A stretch of 64,000 bases of DNA from Octopus vulgaris (lineage: Eukaryota), in contig OX597836.1 in the NCBI GenBank assembly GCA_951406725.2, positions 35,030,001 through 35,094,000 on the forward strand, in the 5' to 3' direction. The notes below the pieces were generated by a model. It was not told the origin of the DNA, ran no database searches, and saw only the letters and a list, made by a program, of their open reading frames with translations. Every line of letters begins with the position of its first letter. Position 1 is the stretch's first letter. Positions 29,570 to 44,398 of this stretch are shown here, in pieces. Made by a program: the position numbers and the translations under genes.

Positions 29570-31366
29570 TGTTTGACGTGCATCTTCCCACGACTGACTA
29601 AATTATTGCCATTCGCTGCCAGTCGTTCGGCAACATAATGTAGGAGTTTGTTAGAGGCTGAGGGTGGCAATGTGTTCTGAGTGGTGGTGTGAGGTGACTT
29701 ACCAATATGCTGAATATACATAAATTACAAGAACAACACCTAAAATACGATTAAAATGATGGACTAAATATAAATGTCTTAAGGTTGAACGCCATGAATT
29801 CAGACCTTTTCGCTGTGTGTGTGTGTGTGTGTATGTGTGTGTTGTTAATCCGTCGACTGCCTTCAAACAGAGAGGTTTTCAAAAATAAAACTCAACACAT
29901 ACGGTACATCGTTTATTTCATGTCTATTTTATAGAAACAATTATAAGACTAATTAAACAAAACAGATACAGAATATACGGTATGCGTTAACGATTTTAAT
30001 CTTCGAAAGCTTTTTTTCCACGTTAGGCGTTCGTCAGATTAGCAACGATATCATTGGTTGACGTATATCTCACCTGACTGACTGCTAAACCATAGCCATT
30101 CGCTGCCAACTGTTCGGCAACACGAAGTAGGAGTTGGTTAGAGGATGAGAAAGTATGGTGGGATGTGCTTTGAGGAATGGCGTGAGAAGACTTTGCAATA
30201 CATTGAATATAGGTCAATTATAATAAGACCTATATATATATTAAGAACCGGTGTTGGTGTGTTTACGTTCCCGTAACATACATACATACATACAAATATA
30301 CATAAAGTTAATCTAAACAAGAAAACACAAAAAAACACAACAACGCGAGGACGTGGAACAAATATAGTATTATTGGAAGCTCAGGAAAGAAGGAAAGAAG
30401 GAGGGCTTAACGTTTCGAGCGGAGTTCTTCGTTGGAAACATAGGAGAAGGAAAGATCCAGAGAAGGGAAGACAGAGGGAAAAAAATCGCCAACGGTACAC
30501 ACGAGGTCACATTTTACAAATATACATACATACATACATTCATACATGCGTACATACATACATACATACTTACGTATATACATACATACATACATACATA
30601 CTTACGTATATACATACATACATACACACACACATACATACATACATACATACATACATACATACATACATACATACATACATACATACGTATATACATA
30701 CATACATACATACATACAAACATACATACATACATACATACATACGTATATACATACATACATACATACATACATACATACATACATACGTATATACATA
30801 CATACATACATACATACATACATACATACATACATACATACATACATACATACATCTATATCGAAAGGTCAGAATTCATGGCATATCCTCTCGATCGTAT
30901 TTTAGGTGTTGTTCTTATATTTATCAATGTATAGCTAAGCCTCCTCACACCACACCTCAAAGTACATCCCATTCTCCTTTCTCACCGCCTCTAACGAACT
31001 CCCCGCTTTTGTTGCTGAACACTTGGCAGCGAATGGCGGTAGCTTAGTAGTTAGTAGACAGCAGTGGGAAGCGTGCGTCAACCAATGATATTGCTGCTGA
31101 TCCGATGACTACTTTGTGTATAGGAAGGTATAGGAAGGTAGTACTCTTTTACTTGTTTCAGTCATTTGATTGCGGCCATGCTGGAGCACCGCATTTAGTC
31201 GAGCAAATTGACCCCAGGACTTATTCTTTGTAAGCCCAGTACTTATTCTATCGGGATTTTTTTTAACGAAACGCTAATTCACGGAGACGTAAACACACCA
31301 CCATCGGTTGTCAAGCGATGTTGGGGGGAGGGCAAATACAGACACAGACACACAGACACACACACA

Positions 31367-31425
<59 letters not shown>

Positions 31426-31931
31426 TTACATATATACGACAGGCTTCTTTCAGTTTCCGTCTACCAAATCCACTCACAAGGCTTTGGTCGGCCCGAGGCT
31501 GTAATAGGCGACACTTTGCCCAAGGTGCCACGCAGTGGGACTGAACCTGGAACCATGTGGTTGGTAAGCAAGCTACTTACCACACAGCCACTCCTACGTC
31601 TATGTAGTCATCATATTTACAACAATGTGTACACACACACATACACACATACACACGCACGCACAAACACACACACACATACACACACACACAAAGCACA
31701 CACACACACACACACACACACATCTACATCCAAAGTCATCTCACACCATTCCTCAAAGCATATCCCACCATACTTTTTCATCCTCTAACCAACTCCTACT
31801 TCGTCTTGCCGCACAGTTGGCAGCGAATGGCTATGGTTTAGCAGTCAGTCAGGTGAGATATACGTCAACCAATGATATCGTTGCTATTCTGACGAACGCC
31901 TAACGTGGAAAAAAAGCTTTCGAAGATTAAT
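29570..31931. repeat. Four related ~200-bp segments in both orientations
   Basis: 29996-30195 and 31730-31931 are high-identity inverted copies; diverged relatives at 29570-29810 and 30860-31110 (GCCATTCGCTGCCA core). Confidence 0.75.
31143..31600 (-). mobile_element. SINE family A
   Basis: Full head to tail on the minus strand. Confidence 0.9.
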
Positions 31932-32936
31932 CTAATATCGGTATTAGTCTATATCTAATTACATAAATATTTAAATATAACTAATATATATAAATTATCA
32001 ATGAAAATATATAAATGTATATAAATATTAAGATCTAAAATAATCTCTATAAATAAATATATATGCACATATAATAAAAACCTAATAAATTAATTTTTCA
32101 TATTTAAAGATGAAATAGCTAATTTCAAAATACAAATAAACGAACTTTCGGAAATATTATGTAAAATACTTATAGAAATAATCAATTCGTAGTAATATAG
32201 TATCGAATAAATACTATAAATACTATAAATATAATTATCAATGGGAATAACTAGCGAATATCAATTTAAAGAAATAACTAAGTTATGCTATTAAATTAGA
32301 CATGGCCTGGACCAATCTTTAGTCGAAACATATCTAAGTTTATCAAAGTTTATCTAATTTAATTATAAATTTAAAACTACAATTAATACTATTTAAAACA
32401 TGTATATACAAAAGCCTAACTTAATACACCTCGTATGCTTGCTATCAAATAACAAATCTATCGCTAAGTAGTATCTTACGAATAAACTTAAATTTAATAT
32501 CTAATAATATAGAAAATTACGATAATTAGATCATTACATAAACAACGATATTTACATAAGGAAAATATTATTACACCAAAGACTTATACAATATTAAAAT
32601 TTACAATTTGAAGATCTTTATCCAATGTAACTATTTAAAAATATTTCGTTTTTGGATTTGGTTTGCAAGATTCTTTATGTGAGTTCGTGTGTTGAAGCAT
32701 ATTCTGTTGTGTCTGGGGAGAGTCATTTTCTTTTTGTGCTTTTATATTTTAAAATAGTTACATTGGATAATAATAGAATTAATAACACCTTCGCAAATGA
32801 ATTTTTCGTGAATTATTTTTCTCGTAAATTTGTATCGAGATTATTTTACACTGGTAGCTGCTGTGATTTCGGCGCAAAACGAATCAGTTGCTGTACAGAC
32901 TTCAAAACGATGGTTGGTAATCTCTAATCATGGTAA

Positions 32937-32990
32937 CGCGTGTTGAAGAAGCTAAGGCTTATTTTGCCGGTGCAGAAACCGGTCCACGTG
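32937..32990 (+). ncRNA. Type I hammerhead ribozyme, C3U variant (palindrome ACCGGT, GUC site)
   Basis: CGCGTG-TTGAAGA-AGC..GGC TTATTTT GCC..GCA-GAAA-CCGG-TC-CACGTG. Downstream GACTGTTATTTC family motif (~33100) precedes a TA-rich tract. Confidence 0.7.
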
Positions 32991-33160
32991 AGTCCAGATA
33001 CTTAAATGTACGTTAGTAGATTGTCTTAATCTGATTTTGCCTTCGTTTGATTTCTGTAGTAGTCGTCAGTGTATTTTGGGCGATTTAATAAGAGTTTTGA
33101 CTGTTATTTCAAGCAGGTAGACATATTTACTATGACCTTTGATTAATTATATACATACAT

Positions 33161-33210
<50 letters not shown>

Positions 33211-33317
33211 TATATAGGCATACATACATACTTGTATGCAAGTATGTATGTATGTATGTATGTATGTATGTATGTATGTATGTATGTATGTATATATGTA
33301 TGTATGTATGAATGTAT

Positions 33318-33672
33318 GCAATTTTTACCATTAAGACTATTCTGCAGAGACCTGAATAAGTGGAAATCCGAAGGAGCAATATCTGGTGAATATGGAGGGT
33401 GGGGTAATACATCCCAGCCGAGCTGCAGCAATTTTTGTCTGGCTCCCAAAGCATCAAGTGCCGAAAAGGAACTTTCTTATCTTCCATTGTAAAGGGTTAC
33501 ATAATTAACAAAGGTTATAGGAACATAAACCTTCTTCCACGAAAAGATAGCTTAAACTGTGCTCTAAATGGAGGTGTAGTCAAATCATATTTTGTGAACT
33601 CAACCATGTTCTAAAATAAGTCGAAATGTACACTACTATAAATCGGCACGAACTTTCTGGACAACCCAATAT
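33318..33672 (-). mobile_element. mariner (DD34D) remnant
   Basis: [26 protein letters not shown]; TIR-like TATTGGGTTGTCCAGAAAGTTCGTGCCGATTT at ~33640-33672. Confidence 0.85.
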
Positions 33673-33812
33673 GTATAAAACTGTCTGGCAACGACGGGCT
33701 ATTCAGCTAGTATGTATGTATGTATGTATGTATGTATGTATGTATGTATGTATGTATGTATGTATGTATGTATGTATGTATGTATGTATATCTATATCTA
33801 TATCTATATCTA

Positions 33813-33920
<108 letters not shown>

Positions 33921-34179
33921 GAAGTAGTAAGTTAGATAAATTCAATGATGCTTGATGGATATTCACAAGGAGCACAAAATACTGGATAAAAATAAAGAAA
34001 AGATATGAATAGAAATCTTTTATTTCAACAGCTGTTTCAGGAAAGCAAGAATTATGTGATGACCGTAATTGCCAGGCGATATGTGTTACAGGTATATAGC
34101 CATTAACCAGTCAGATGAAATTGTCATAAGTCCGGATTATCTCAACAGAGGATTAGGAAATGCGTTGTGTATGCCGTTA

Positions 34180-34556
34180 GTCAGTTTTATTTCAAGATTT
34201 CTTGCCAATTGAGAAAGACCTCGTTTCTAACCTTGATCCAATTGTAATTTCAACATCAACAACAGGGTATTTTTATTTGTATGTATCTATGTATAGGTGG
34301 ATATTTGTATGTTTTGTTTTTCTGTAAATATTCTCAAGCACATAGTTGCATATCTAGACATGTTCATATACATTTAAATGATAAACTTCTGGAAAGTTTT
34401 ACAGATTTTTACAGTTCCAGTGATGGATTGGATCTGTAGTCTTCGAATTAGCTTTCTCCTTTCGGGTTTTGAGAAGCCTAGTTTGTCAAGATTGGTAACG
34501 TGTTTGGTAACAGTGCTCCAATAATTACAAGCATAAACCTGAACTTGTAATCTGGA
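34180..34556 (-). mobile_element. 3' end of a restriction-like-endonuclease LINE (R4/Dong/NeSL-like)
   Basis: PDYKFRFMLVIIGAL../..LDKLGF...LIRRLQIQSITGTVKICKTF* resembles RLE C-termini. Confidence 0.65.
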
Positions 34557-35279
34557 TTGAGTGTGTATGTATGTATGTATGTATGTATGTATGTATGTAT
34601 GTATGTGGGTGTGTATGTATGTATGTATGTATGGTTGTATGTATGTATGTATACTTGTATGTATGTATGTATGTATGTATGTATGTGGGTGGGTGTGTAT
34701 GTATGTATGTATGTATGTATGTATGTATATATGTTTGTGTGTATGTATGTATGCTTGTATGTATGTGTGTATGTATGTATGCTTGTATGTATGTGGGTGT
34801 GTATGTATGTATGTATGTATGTATGTATGTATGTATGTATGTATGTATGTATGTATGTATGTATGTATGTATGTATGTGTGTGTGTGTGTGTGTGCGTGT
34901 GTGTATGTATGATGTATGTATGTATAGCGTGAAAACGCGTTGCTTAGTAATTACGATATTCGACTCATGATCCTCAGGTCGTGTGTTCGATTCCTGGTGG
35001 TTCTTTGTCTCCTTGAAGAAGGCACTTTATTTCACATTGCTCAAGTTGGCTAAGAAAATTGGCTTGTATTTGTATCGCGTGTCACGCTGAATATCAATGA
35101 GAACCACGTTAAGGGCCGGCGTGTTTCTCGAGTACTCGGCCACTCGCACGTTAATTTCCCGAGCAGGCTGTTTCGTTGATCGGATCAACTGGAACCCTCG
35201 TCTTCGTAACCGACGGAGTGTCAGTTTTACCATTTATGTATATATATATATATGCTTGTGATCTTGTATTTGTGCTTAT

Positions 35280-36073
35280 CCCCCACCACTCTGTAACTTA
35301 GCAGTTCGCCAAAAATGTGATCGATGAGAATAAGTACCTGGCTCAGAAGAGTATATAAGTACTAATGTCAATTTTTTCAACTAACTCTATACAGGTGGTG
35401 CCCCAGCGTGGCCGCAGTCTAATGAATGGAGCAAGTAAAAGTAAATAAATTTATATACATATGGCGCAGGCATACTGCGTAGTAAGAAGCTTGGTTCTCA
35501 AACATATTGTTCTGGGTTCAGTTCCTCTGCGTGGCACCTCGTCAAGTGTCTTTTACTATAGCCGCGAGCCGGCGAAATCCTTATAAGTGGATTTGGTAGG
35601 CGGAAACTGAAAGTAGCCAGTTGTGCATATATAATGAGTGTATGTCTTTTTATGTATGTCTTATTTATTTCTTTAGTACCCACAAGGGGCTAAACATAGA
35701 GGGGGCAAACAAGGACAGTCAAAGGGATTAAGTCGATTACATCGACCCCAGTGCGAAACTGGAACTTTATTTATCGACCCCGAATGGATAAAAGACAAAG
35801 TCGACCTCGGCGGAATTTGAACTCAGAACGTAACGACAGACAAAATACCTATTTCTTTATTACCCACAAGGGGCTAAACATAGAGGGGACAAACAAGGAC
35901 AGACATAGGTATTAAGTCGATTACATCGACCCCAGTGCGTAACTGGTACTTAATTTAAGACCCCGAAAGGATGAAAGGCAAAGTCGACCTCGGCGGAATT
36001 TGAACTCACAACGTAACGGCAGACGAAATACCGCTAAACATATCGCCCGGCGTGCTAACTTTTCTGCCAGCTC
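35280..36073. mobile_element. SINE A fragments followed by two nested SINE B copies (-)
   Basis: A pieces at 35280-35445 and 35460-35630; B copies at 35664-35848 and 35849-36073. Confidence 0.8.
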
Positions 36074-36077
36074 TCAG

Positions 36078-36152
<75 letters not shown>

Positions 36153-36229
36153 ACTGTCTGTCTGTTTGTCTATCTATCCATCTCTGTTTCTATTTGTCTC
36201 ACCCTCTCTATCACTCTCTCCCTCTCTCC

Positions 36230-36261
<32 letters not shown>

Positions 36262-36501
36262 CACCTTAATATAAATTTATACGAATAAGGATAAGATCGA
36301 TATTTAAATACCGATCTTATCTAGATGGCCAGCATGGGAATAAAACGGGGTCGATGGAGGGTGGGAGTTAAGCAGCCAACAGCAGCCCCCAAACAGCTAC
36401 CTATCCCACTCCCATGCCATCTCACCCTTATCTCTTTATATATATATGTATATATATATATATATATATACATATATTTATACATATATAGGGTATATTT
36501 A

Positions 36502-36673
36502 GGGTATCTTAGAGATACCTCGACACTGGAAATAGCAGTCAAAACTTGACTCTAAAACCACATTGAATGTTCATACAGCACCTTCTCTCCTAGTGTTGTA
36601 TGAACATTTAATGTGGTTTTAGAGTCAAGTTTTGACTGCTATTTCCAGCGTCAAGGTATCTCTTAGATACCCT
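36502..36673. mobile_element. Short fold-back of the (TA)n-family 3' module
   Basis: About 80-bp arms GGGTATCT..GAAATAGCAGTCAAAAC...CAGCAC / GTGTTG...GACTGCTATTTC..AGATACCC. Confidence 0.8.
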
Positions 36674-36891
36674 GAATTATAATATCACCTTAATATATTA
36701 ATTTCTTATTTCTTACACAAATATCAAAATCTCATCACAACACGCACACTTGATATATTATATTTAAAAGTTGAACTTGTTTCTCAGTGTCAAGGTCACC
36801 GATGGACGGTTGTGACCAGTTCGTACTACACAGGACTACCAACATTTTCTCAGTAATCCTAACATGTTCTGAAAGGTATATGAGTAAGGAC

Positions 36892-37123
36892 AAGGCGGCG
36901 AGCTGGCAGAAACGTTAGCACGCCGAGCGAAATGCGTTGCTGTATTTCGTCTGCCGTTACGTTCCGAGTTCAAATTCCGCCGAGGTCGACTTTGCCTTTC
37001 ACCCTTCCGGGGTCGATAAATTAAGTACCAGTTACGCACTGGGGTCGATGTAATCGACTTAATCCGTTTGTCTGTCCTTGTTTGTCTCCTCTGTATTTAG
37101 CCCCTTGTGGGTAGTAAAGAAAT
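36892..37123 (+). mobile_element. SINE family B, full length; another copy at 37411-37622
   Basis: Head, core and GCCCCTTGTGGG..TAAAGAAATA tail. Confidence 0.9.
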
Positions 37124-37667
37124 ATATATGAGTAAGGGCTTTTGTGTATGTGTGTGTACGATGGAGGGTGGGAGTTAAGCAGCCAACAGCAGCCCTCCAA
37201 ACAGCTACCTATCCCACTCCCATACCATCTCAGCCTTATCTCTTTAGAAAATGAAAGATATCACGAAGATAATGAAATCCGTGTATGTTTTGTGGGGGGT
37301 GGGGGTATTAACATGAATAAACAACATTTCACAATTATCTACCTGTTCGCATCATCATATAGAAAAGGAATCAGAACAACATTATGCATTATACATAGAA
37401 TTTTTGTTATCGTTAGCGCGCCGGGCGAAATGCTTAGCGGTATTTCGTCTCTCGTTACGTTCTGAGTTCAAATTCTGCCGAGGTCGACTTTGCCTTTCAT
37501 CCTTTCGGGGTCGATAAATAAAGTACCAGTTTCGCACTGGGGTCGATGTAATCGACTTAATCCCTTTGTCTGTCCTTGTTTGTACCCTCTATGTTTAGCC
37601 CCTTGTGGGCAATAAAGAAATATATACATAGAATTTTTATATACATTTGAAAATATGTATGCTACAA

Positions 37668-37955
37668 CAGTGCTACCCAAAGTGGTGGTTCGCGGATCGA
37701 TGCTGGTACGCGACTAATTTCCAGAAAAGGAAGAAACGTTTTAAAATGCATATAAAGTGCTTAGGCAATATTGTATTATTTGTTTACAAAATAAATACAA
37801 GGTTAAAAAAAAATTGTCAACTTTTATTACATTCATTATATATATATATATTGTTTCCGGTATAAATTAATATTATTAAGAAATATTACCGACCCCTGGC
37901 ACGCTGGAAAAGAAAAGCTGCCGGTACCCCACTTCAAATAGTTTGAGAAGCACTG
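37668..37955. mobile_element. hAT (Charlie-like) MITE
   Basis: TIRs CAGTGCTACCCAAA / TTTGAGAAGCACTG; degenerate 8-bp TSD TGCTACAA / AACTACAT. Confidence 0.65.
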
Positions 37956-37984
37956 AACTACATGATACACACTACGTGTATATA

Positions 37985-38351
37985 CTCTTTTACTCTTTTA
38001 CTCTTTTACTTGTTTCAGTCATTTGACTGCGGCCATGCTGGAGCACCACCTTTAGTACTTATTCTATCGGTCTCTTTTTGCCGAACCGCTAAGTGACGGG
38101 GACGTAAACACACCAGCATCGGTTGTCAAGCAATGCTAGGGGGACAAACACAAACACACACACATATACATATATATACATATATACGACAGGCTTCTTT
38201 CAGTTTCCGTCTACCAAATCCACTCACAAGGCATTGGTCGGCCCGGGGCTATAGTAGAAGACACTTGCCCAAGATGCCACGCAGTGGGACTGAACCCGCA
38301 ACCGTGTGGTTGGTAAGCAAGCTACTTACCCACACAGCCACTCCTGCGCCT
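37985..38351 (-). mobile_element. SINE family A with internal deletion; paralogue at 57643-57988
   Basis: Both copies share the GCACCACCTTT|AGTACTT deletion junction and the GAACCCGCAACCGTG variant. Confidence 0.9.
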
Positions 38352-38352
38352 A

Positions 38353-38414
<62 letters not shown>

Positions 38415-38424
38415 TCGATATAAA

Positions 38425-39332
38425 ACCCTGATATTGATTAATTAATGATTTTTTGGCTAATTCTGAAATTAAATCGGCAGTTTATATTTGCTGCTAAGCG
38501 TTTCGCCCGGCGTGCTAACGTTTCTGCCAGCTCGCCGCCCTGCAGCTATTGTATATTAAGAATAACAAGGCTGTCAGAATACTGGATGATTGTATGTATT
38601 TTTAAATTTTTACCGCTTATATAATCTTCCAACCTTCTGACTACCTTATTATTTTCGATGCATGTATGTATATATACATATGCATACATTCGACGCACTA
38701 GAAAGAGCAGTTAAACTCAAACCGCTAAATAGTTGTAATTCAGAAACCAAAGGAAAATAAAAACATTTACCCTATCATCTTTGGACTATGCATAGTTTCG
38801 ACATACATATTGGCAAACCGATTTAATTAAATTAAATTAAATCAATTTGCCACTGGCCTGTCTCGTCAGCAAAGAAGCCATGGAAATATATATCCACGAG
38901 GCGACAGCATCGACGCCTTGAGAATATATATTCTAAATTTTCAAAATCTATCGTCACCGCGCCAACTTATCAGCAGCAAATATAAACTGCCGATTTAATT
39001 TCAGAATTAGCCAAAAAATCATTAATTAATCAATATCAGGGTAGCAAATAATTCAAGAGAAATATTTCGCCACCAGCGGTCCAGTGAGAAAGAAAAAAAT
39101 AGTTTATCAATTCCTTAATATTGTTGAATGTACATTATATAGTCTGTTGACTATTTTTTCTTTCTCCCTGGACCGCTGGTGGCGAAAAATTTCTCTCGAA
39201 TTTTTTTTGCTGAACCCTAATTATATAAAGTAATGTTTAAATTTACCGTATATGGTCCTTTTACATACTGAACACTGCATGGTAAAATTATTAATTACTA
39301 ATTAATTAATTAATTTTACCCTTATTATTATT

Positions 39333-39335
<3 letters not shown>
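38425..39335. repeat. Complex of inverted repeats between (TA)n tracts
   Basis: 38425-38495 is inverted at 38973-39043; ~39040-39105 is inverted at ~39150-39218; 39220-39335 is the family 3' terminus (CATACTGAA...AATTTTACCC). Confidence 0.75.
38778..38875 (-). ncRNA. Type I hammerhead ribozyme with extended stem III (CTA-TGCA-TAG, GUC site)
   Basis: TCTTTG-CTGACGA-GACA..TGGCAAATTGATTTAATT..AATTAAATCGGTTTGCCA..TGTC-GAAA-CTA-TGCA-TAG-TC-CAAAGA. Confidence 0.9.
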
Positions 39336-39370
<35 letters not shown>

Positions 39371-39565
39371 TATTAATTAGAGACAAAACCACTATTATGC
39401 AAATCAAACAAACAAAGACTTAATCCAATACATAAAAATTTTTATATAAATTAAAAATAATAGTGGTTTTGTCTCTAATTAATATTATATTATATTTTAC
39501 TATAAAATTGGATTCAATCCTAAATCTGATTTTTCCCTGTAAATTTGGATTTATTCCCTAATATT

Positions 39566-39709
<144 letters not shown>

Positions 39710-39728
39710 ATAAATATATATATATATT

Positions 39729-39796
<68 letters not shown>

Positions 39797-39805
39797 CACA
39801 CACAT

Positions 39806-39843
<38 letters not shown>

Positions 39844-40530
39844 GCATAGAGAAATGTGTGACCGTGAACGATATGGGTGCAGGGTATGTACTTGTGTGAC
39901 ACAGAACCGGAGAAGGCAAAACATTGAAAGATAAAAGGGGAGAGAAAGAGATGGAAAACATAGAGCAGTGGTGACCCCTTTTATGTACCCAAAATCCCTC
40001 TGGTCCAAGAAGTGAACTGAAATCTTTTGAAATCTCTTAAGTTTTCTACTGCTGTGAGGGGAGGTGGAAAGGGGTAACAACTGATTGTTGACTTCCCCAC
40101 CGACCACAGTGTTTGTAAACCACACACACACACACACACACACACTCTCTCTCTCTCTTTCCCTCTATCTATCTACGTATTTATCTATCTATCTTTCTTT
40201 CTTTACATCTATCTATCCTTACCTGGGTTTATACCGAGGCGAAAACAGACGCGCTCATGTACACATACACACACATATATTTATATATGTACATGTATAT
40301 ACGTGCTTGTGTGTGTGTGTGTGTGTGTGCACATGTATGTGTGTATTACCCTATATGTATATGCCTTTGTGTGTGTGAGTAGACGTATATCGAATAGATG
40401 CACATTTACGTACATATTTACACATCTCAATTTTGAGCTTTCAAAAGATCTTTTCTCAAATTTGAAATTCAAGAAAAAAAAAGAAAAAGAAGAAAATAAA
40501 AAACAGACGCCAAAGCTTCTTTAGTTTAAG

Positions 40531-40536
40531 TTTATT
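40531..40536 (-). promoter_or_regulatory. Candidate poly(A) signal AATAAA
   Basis: About 115 nt past the stop codon; retained in both paralogues. Confidence 0.5.
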
Positions 40537-40650
40537 ATTGATTGCGTTACACGAAATATATGAAATTAGAGTCTCTGAGATGTGGTCTGCAAAAGACGCC
40601 ACGAAATTATGCCTGGTGGAAGAATCTTTCCTCTTACGATCATTCGGAAA

Positions 40651-41704
40651 TTATAAACCGACGGTCATCTGAAAGAGAAAATGGAATTATTGATAAAATA
40701 TATATGAAAGTATCAGAGTGGAATGTACTAATGCCCAAATGAATCTCTATGGCTGGATATCACAAAAATTCATATTTTATAATTGAGACTTATCCCTAAT
40801 GCATGGTGTGTAGAAACGATCTTTTCAGTAATTTGAATATATGAATCAGAATTGAGAAATAAATATAAAGTAATGGGAAAAGGAGCGAAATCTCTTATAA
40901 ATCAGTCCATATTGACTTAAGAAATAATTTCAGATTGGATAAATAAAGCTTCACATATGAAAACAGAGTGGAAATCGTTAGAATGTCAACGTTTTTCAGC
41001 ATTTTAACTTCGATTTGTCTGAGCTAAGACTCAAAATCTGCAGCTAAATATTTACAAGGTAAATTAGGTGAAAACATACCAGAAAGTACTGCCAATGGGC
41101 TTCGTGGACTTTTTGCTCCATTGTTTTACTCGGAGTAGCATCTGTTGCATTACATACTTTAACGTGGTCCCTTGATTTTTGACGCGACGGAAACGTCTTG
41201 TGACATCGTCCACATTCGAATGGTTCATCTATAAAATGCTTCAAAACATGGTCCTGAAATGTAACGATATTAATTGTTCGTTTCAATGTATTGATATGTT
41301 ATACATAAAGAGAAATCAATGAATTTGGAAATATTAAATACATTCATAAAGTATAAAGTAAAATATAATAATAATATGAATATACATACATTGAAATGAC
41401 CACGGTGTCTGAAATGTTTATCACAAAGTTTACAGGTAAACCGAAATTTCTCTTCATGAACAAGCTTGTGGTAGTTTAATGAAGTATTTCGAGTGAATCT
41501 CTTCTTACATATGTCGCACTGGTACGGCTTGACGCCTGTAAAAAGAAAGTAATAATTATCATTATCTGAACATGATTAAAATACTTTGAGCATCAACTGA
41601 AATAAAATGTATAAATGCAATGACTTACCGTAATGACTCCTCATGTGAGTTGTTAATGAAGATTTCGAAGTAAATGTCTTGGAACATAATGAACATGTGC
41701 ACAT
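40651..41704 (-). CDS. Spliced zinc-finger protein gene (three C2H2 fingers plus one C2HC finger), ~137 aa from the visible ATG
   Basis: Exons 41704-41629, 41535-41390, 41253-41080, 40668-40651 with GT..AG introns in matching phase. Protein: MCTCSLCSKTFTSKSSLTTHMRSHYGVKPYQCDICKKRFTRNTSLNYHKLVHEEKFRFTCKLCDKHFRHRGHFNDHVLKHFIDEPFECGRCHKTFPSRQKSRDHVKVC...YFLMTVGL*. The true start may lie in an unseen upstream exon. Confidence 0.88.
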
Positions 41705-42378
41705 CGTGCTTATATTGTATAAGTTGGGATTAATAAATGGAAAAATTGATGTAGTTTATATGTGTGTGTGTGGTTTGTATAATCTTGTATATCTAATTAG
41801 AAATATTAAAAGAAATATAAGTGTGTGTATAATGTAAATCGATGGAGATGTGAAAGGCAAGAGAGGGAGAGAAGCTGGTCACCTTCCTTTCATATACTAA
41901 GGTATGAATAGGTAAATAATTAAGGGATGCAGCCTATTTGTAGTACTACAAATTTTCAAGACACACACACATACACATCTTATTAGCTTCTTTCTTTGTT
42001 TCTTTCTTTCTTTTTAAAGTAGATAAAGGTGAGATGGTATAAGTGAAGGATAGGTCGCATTTGGGGGCTGCTATTCACTGCTTAACTCCCACCCCTAAAC
42101 AAACACACACGCCTTTTAGCTTTTGTCTTTCTTTCCTTTTTTTAAAGAAGGTAATGACGTGGCGGGAAAGGTGTAGGATAGGTAGGTAATTTGGGCTGCT
42201 ATTTTCTGCTTATCTCCCACCCACCATCTCAAACACACACACATTTCAATAGCTTTATCATTTCTGTCTTTCTTTCTTTATTTAAATATTTTAAAAAAGG
42301 TAAGTTTCAGCTGGTATAGGTGTGGGGTAGTTAGTTGTTTGTGGCTAGTATTGGCTGCTTAACTCCCAGTCCCCATCA

Positions 42379-42427
<49 letters not shown>

Positions 42428-42903
42428 TCTCTCTCTCTCTTTACTTCTTTCTCACACACACACATCCCTATAAGCCCTTACATATACACATGTCTATTAG
42501 GGAAATTTTGTTAATACTGCGTCGTAAGCTTTGAACGCAACAATCCATGCGTGACCTCTTCTGTGAGCGATACGATGGACTTTTACCTTTAAGCATAATA
42601 TATTTAAAGGTATATGCATTATATTTGTTTAAATATAACATATTTTGGGGTGAATATGAAATAAATTCCTTTAAACGAATCGTTTAAAATTGTTCATATA
42701 ATATTTTAATATTGGTATACGGAATAAAAAGTAATAACTTATACGCGTGTGCATACACATATATATGTTTGTGTGTTTGTGTGTTTGTAAGGTAGATGGA
42801 GAATTGATATTGATTTATATACGTTTATATATACATATCTATATATAGTTACATACGCATCTGTAATTATAAGATGTTATACATACATACATACATACAT
42901 ACA

Positions 42904-42939
<36 letters not shown>

Positions 42940-43113
42940 TATATGTAAAACTGTTTATTTATGTAGATATGTATATATATATATATGTACATACAAGCAT
43001 TTTTATTTTTATATATATGTATACATATGTATAGGTATATATATGTGTGTATATCTATATATATATATGTATACAGATATAAGCATATACATATATACTT
43101 ATATGTATGTATG

Positions 43114-43179
<66 letters not shown>

Positions 43180-43375
43180 TATATATATATATATTGGAGA
43201 GTTTACGAAGAAAGCAAAAGACGAAGACAGGTGGTGTACAAAACAAAGTGATGTATTAGTACAACGCTCAGGAATAGAAAAAGTCTTTTACGTTTCTACA
43301 GAAAGGGGCACAGAAAAGACATGGAGAGAAAAAGAATTTGTGTAGTGGCTAACGATCTATCACGGAGGCTATATG

Positions 43376-43502
<127 letters not shown>

Positions 43503-43664
43503 ATATACACACACGTATGTTTATCTATGTAGATATGTATATATATACGTAGAAATACGTATGTTTATTTATGTATATATGTATACATATATATATGGAC
43601 ATATATATGTGTGTATATCTATGTATATATATATATGTATACAGATATAAGCATATACATCAAT

Positions 43665-43715
<51 letters not shown>

Positions 43716-43932
43716 CATAATTATGTCCACATATATAAACTTATCTATGTATGTCTATAAATATATATGTATATACATTCATATATATATATATCTGTAT
43801 ACATATATATGTTTTTATATATAACTATATATATATGTATTTATTTCCTTCTTCCCTTCTTTCCTGAGCGTCCAATAATACTTTATTTGCTCCACATCCT
43901 TGCGTTGTTGTTTTTTGTTTTCTTGTTTGGAT

Positions 43933-44067
<135 letters not shown>

Positions 44068-44398
44068 AGGGCTTAGTAAAATAAATTACTTTGCCACATA
44101 CTGAACTCATTAGAAATAGCAGCTAAAGAAATTTCTTCAGCTATTTCTAATACTTAAAGAAGATCTCTCTCAGATAGTGTTTGCCTAAACAAACTCACAA
44201 AGGTATGGGGGAGAAAACATTAAAAAATCAAGTGCAAAGGTTATTTGAGATCGTACGTTTCTAGATTAGTCAATTCGACATTTCTTGCATATTCGGATTT
44301 GATAGCACTTTTAGTTCGAGCAGAATTCTAGAGGTGATGAGAAGCCGAAAGGGTATGCTCCCGACTTTCAGTGTTCCCAAATCCGATTCAAGGAATTC

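Noticed and set aside
40542-40742. Repeated 66-aa plus-strand ORF (also 56179, 60123)
   Set aside because: Antisense to the zinc-finger last exon and UTR, TTG start; conservation reflects recent duplication.
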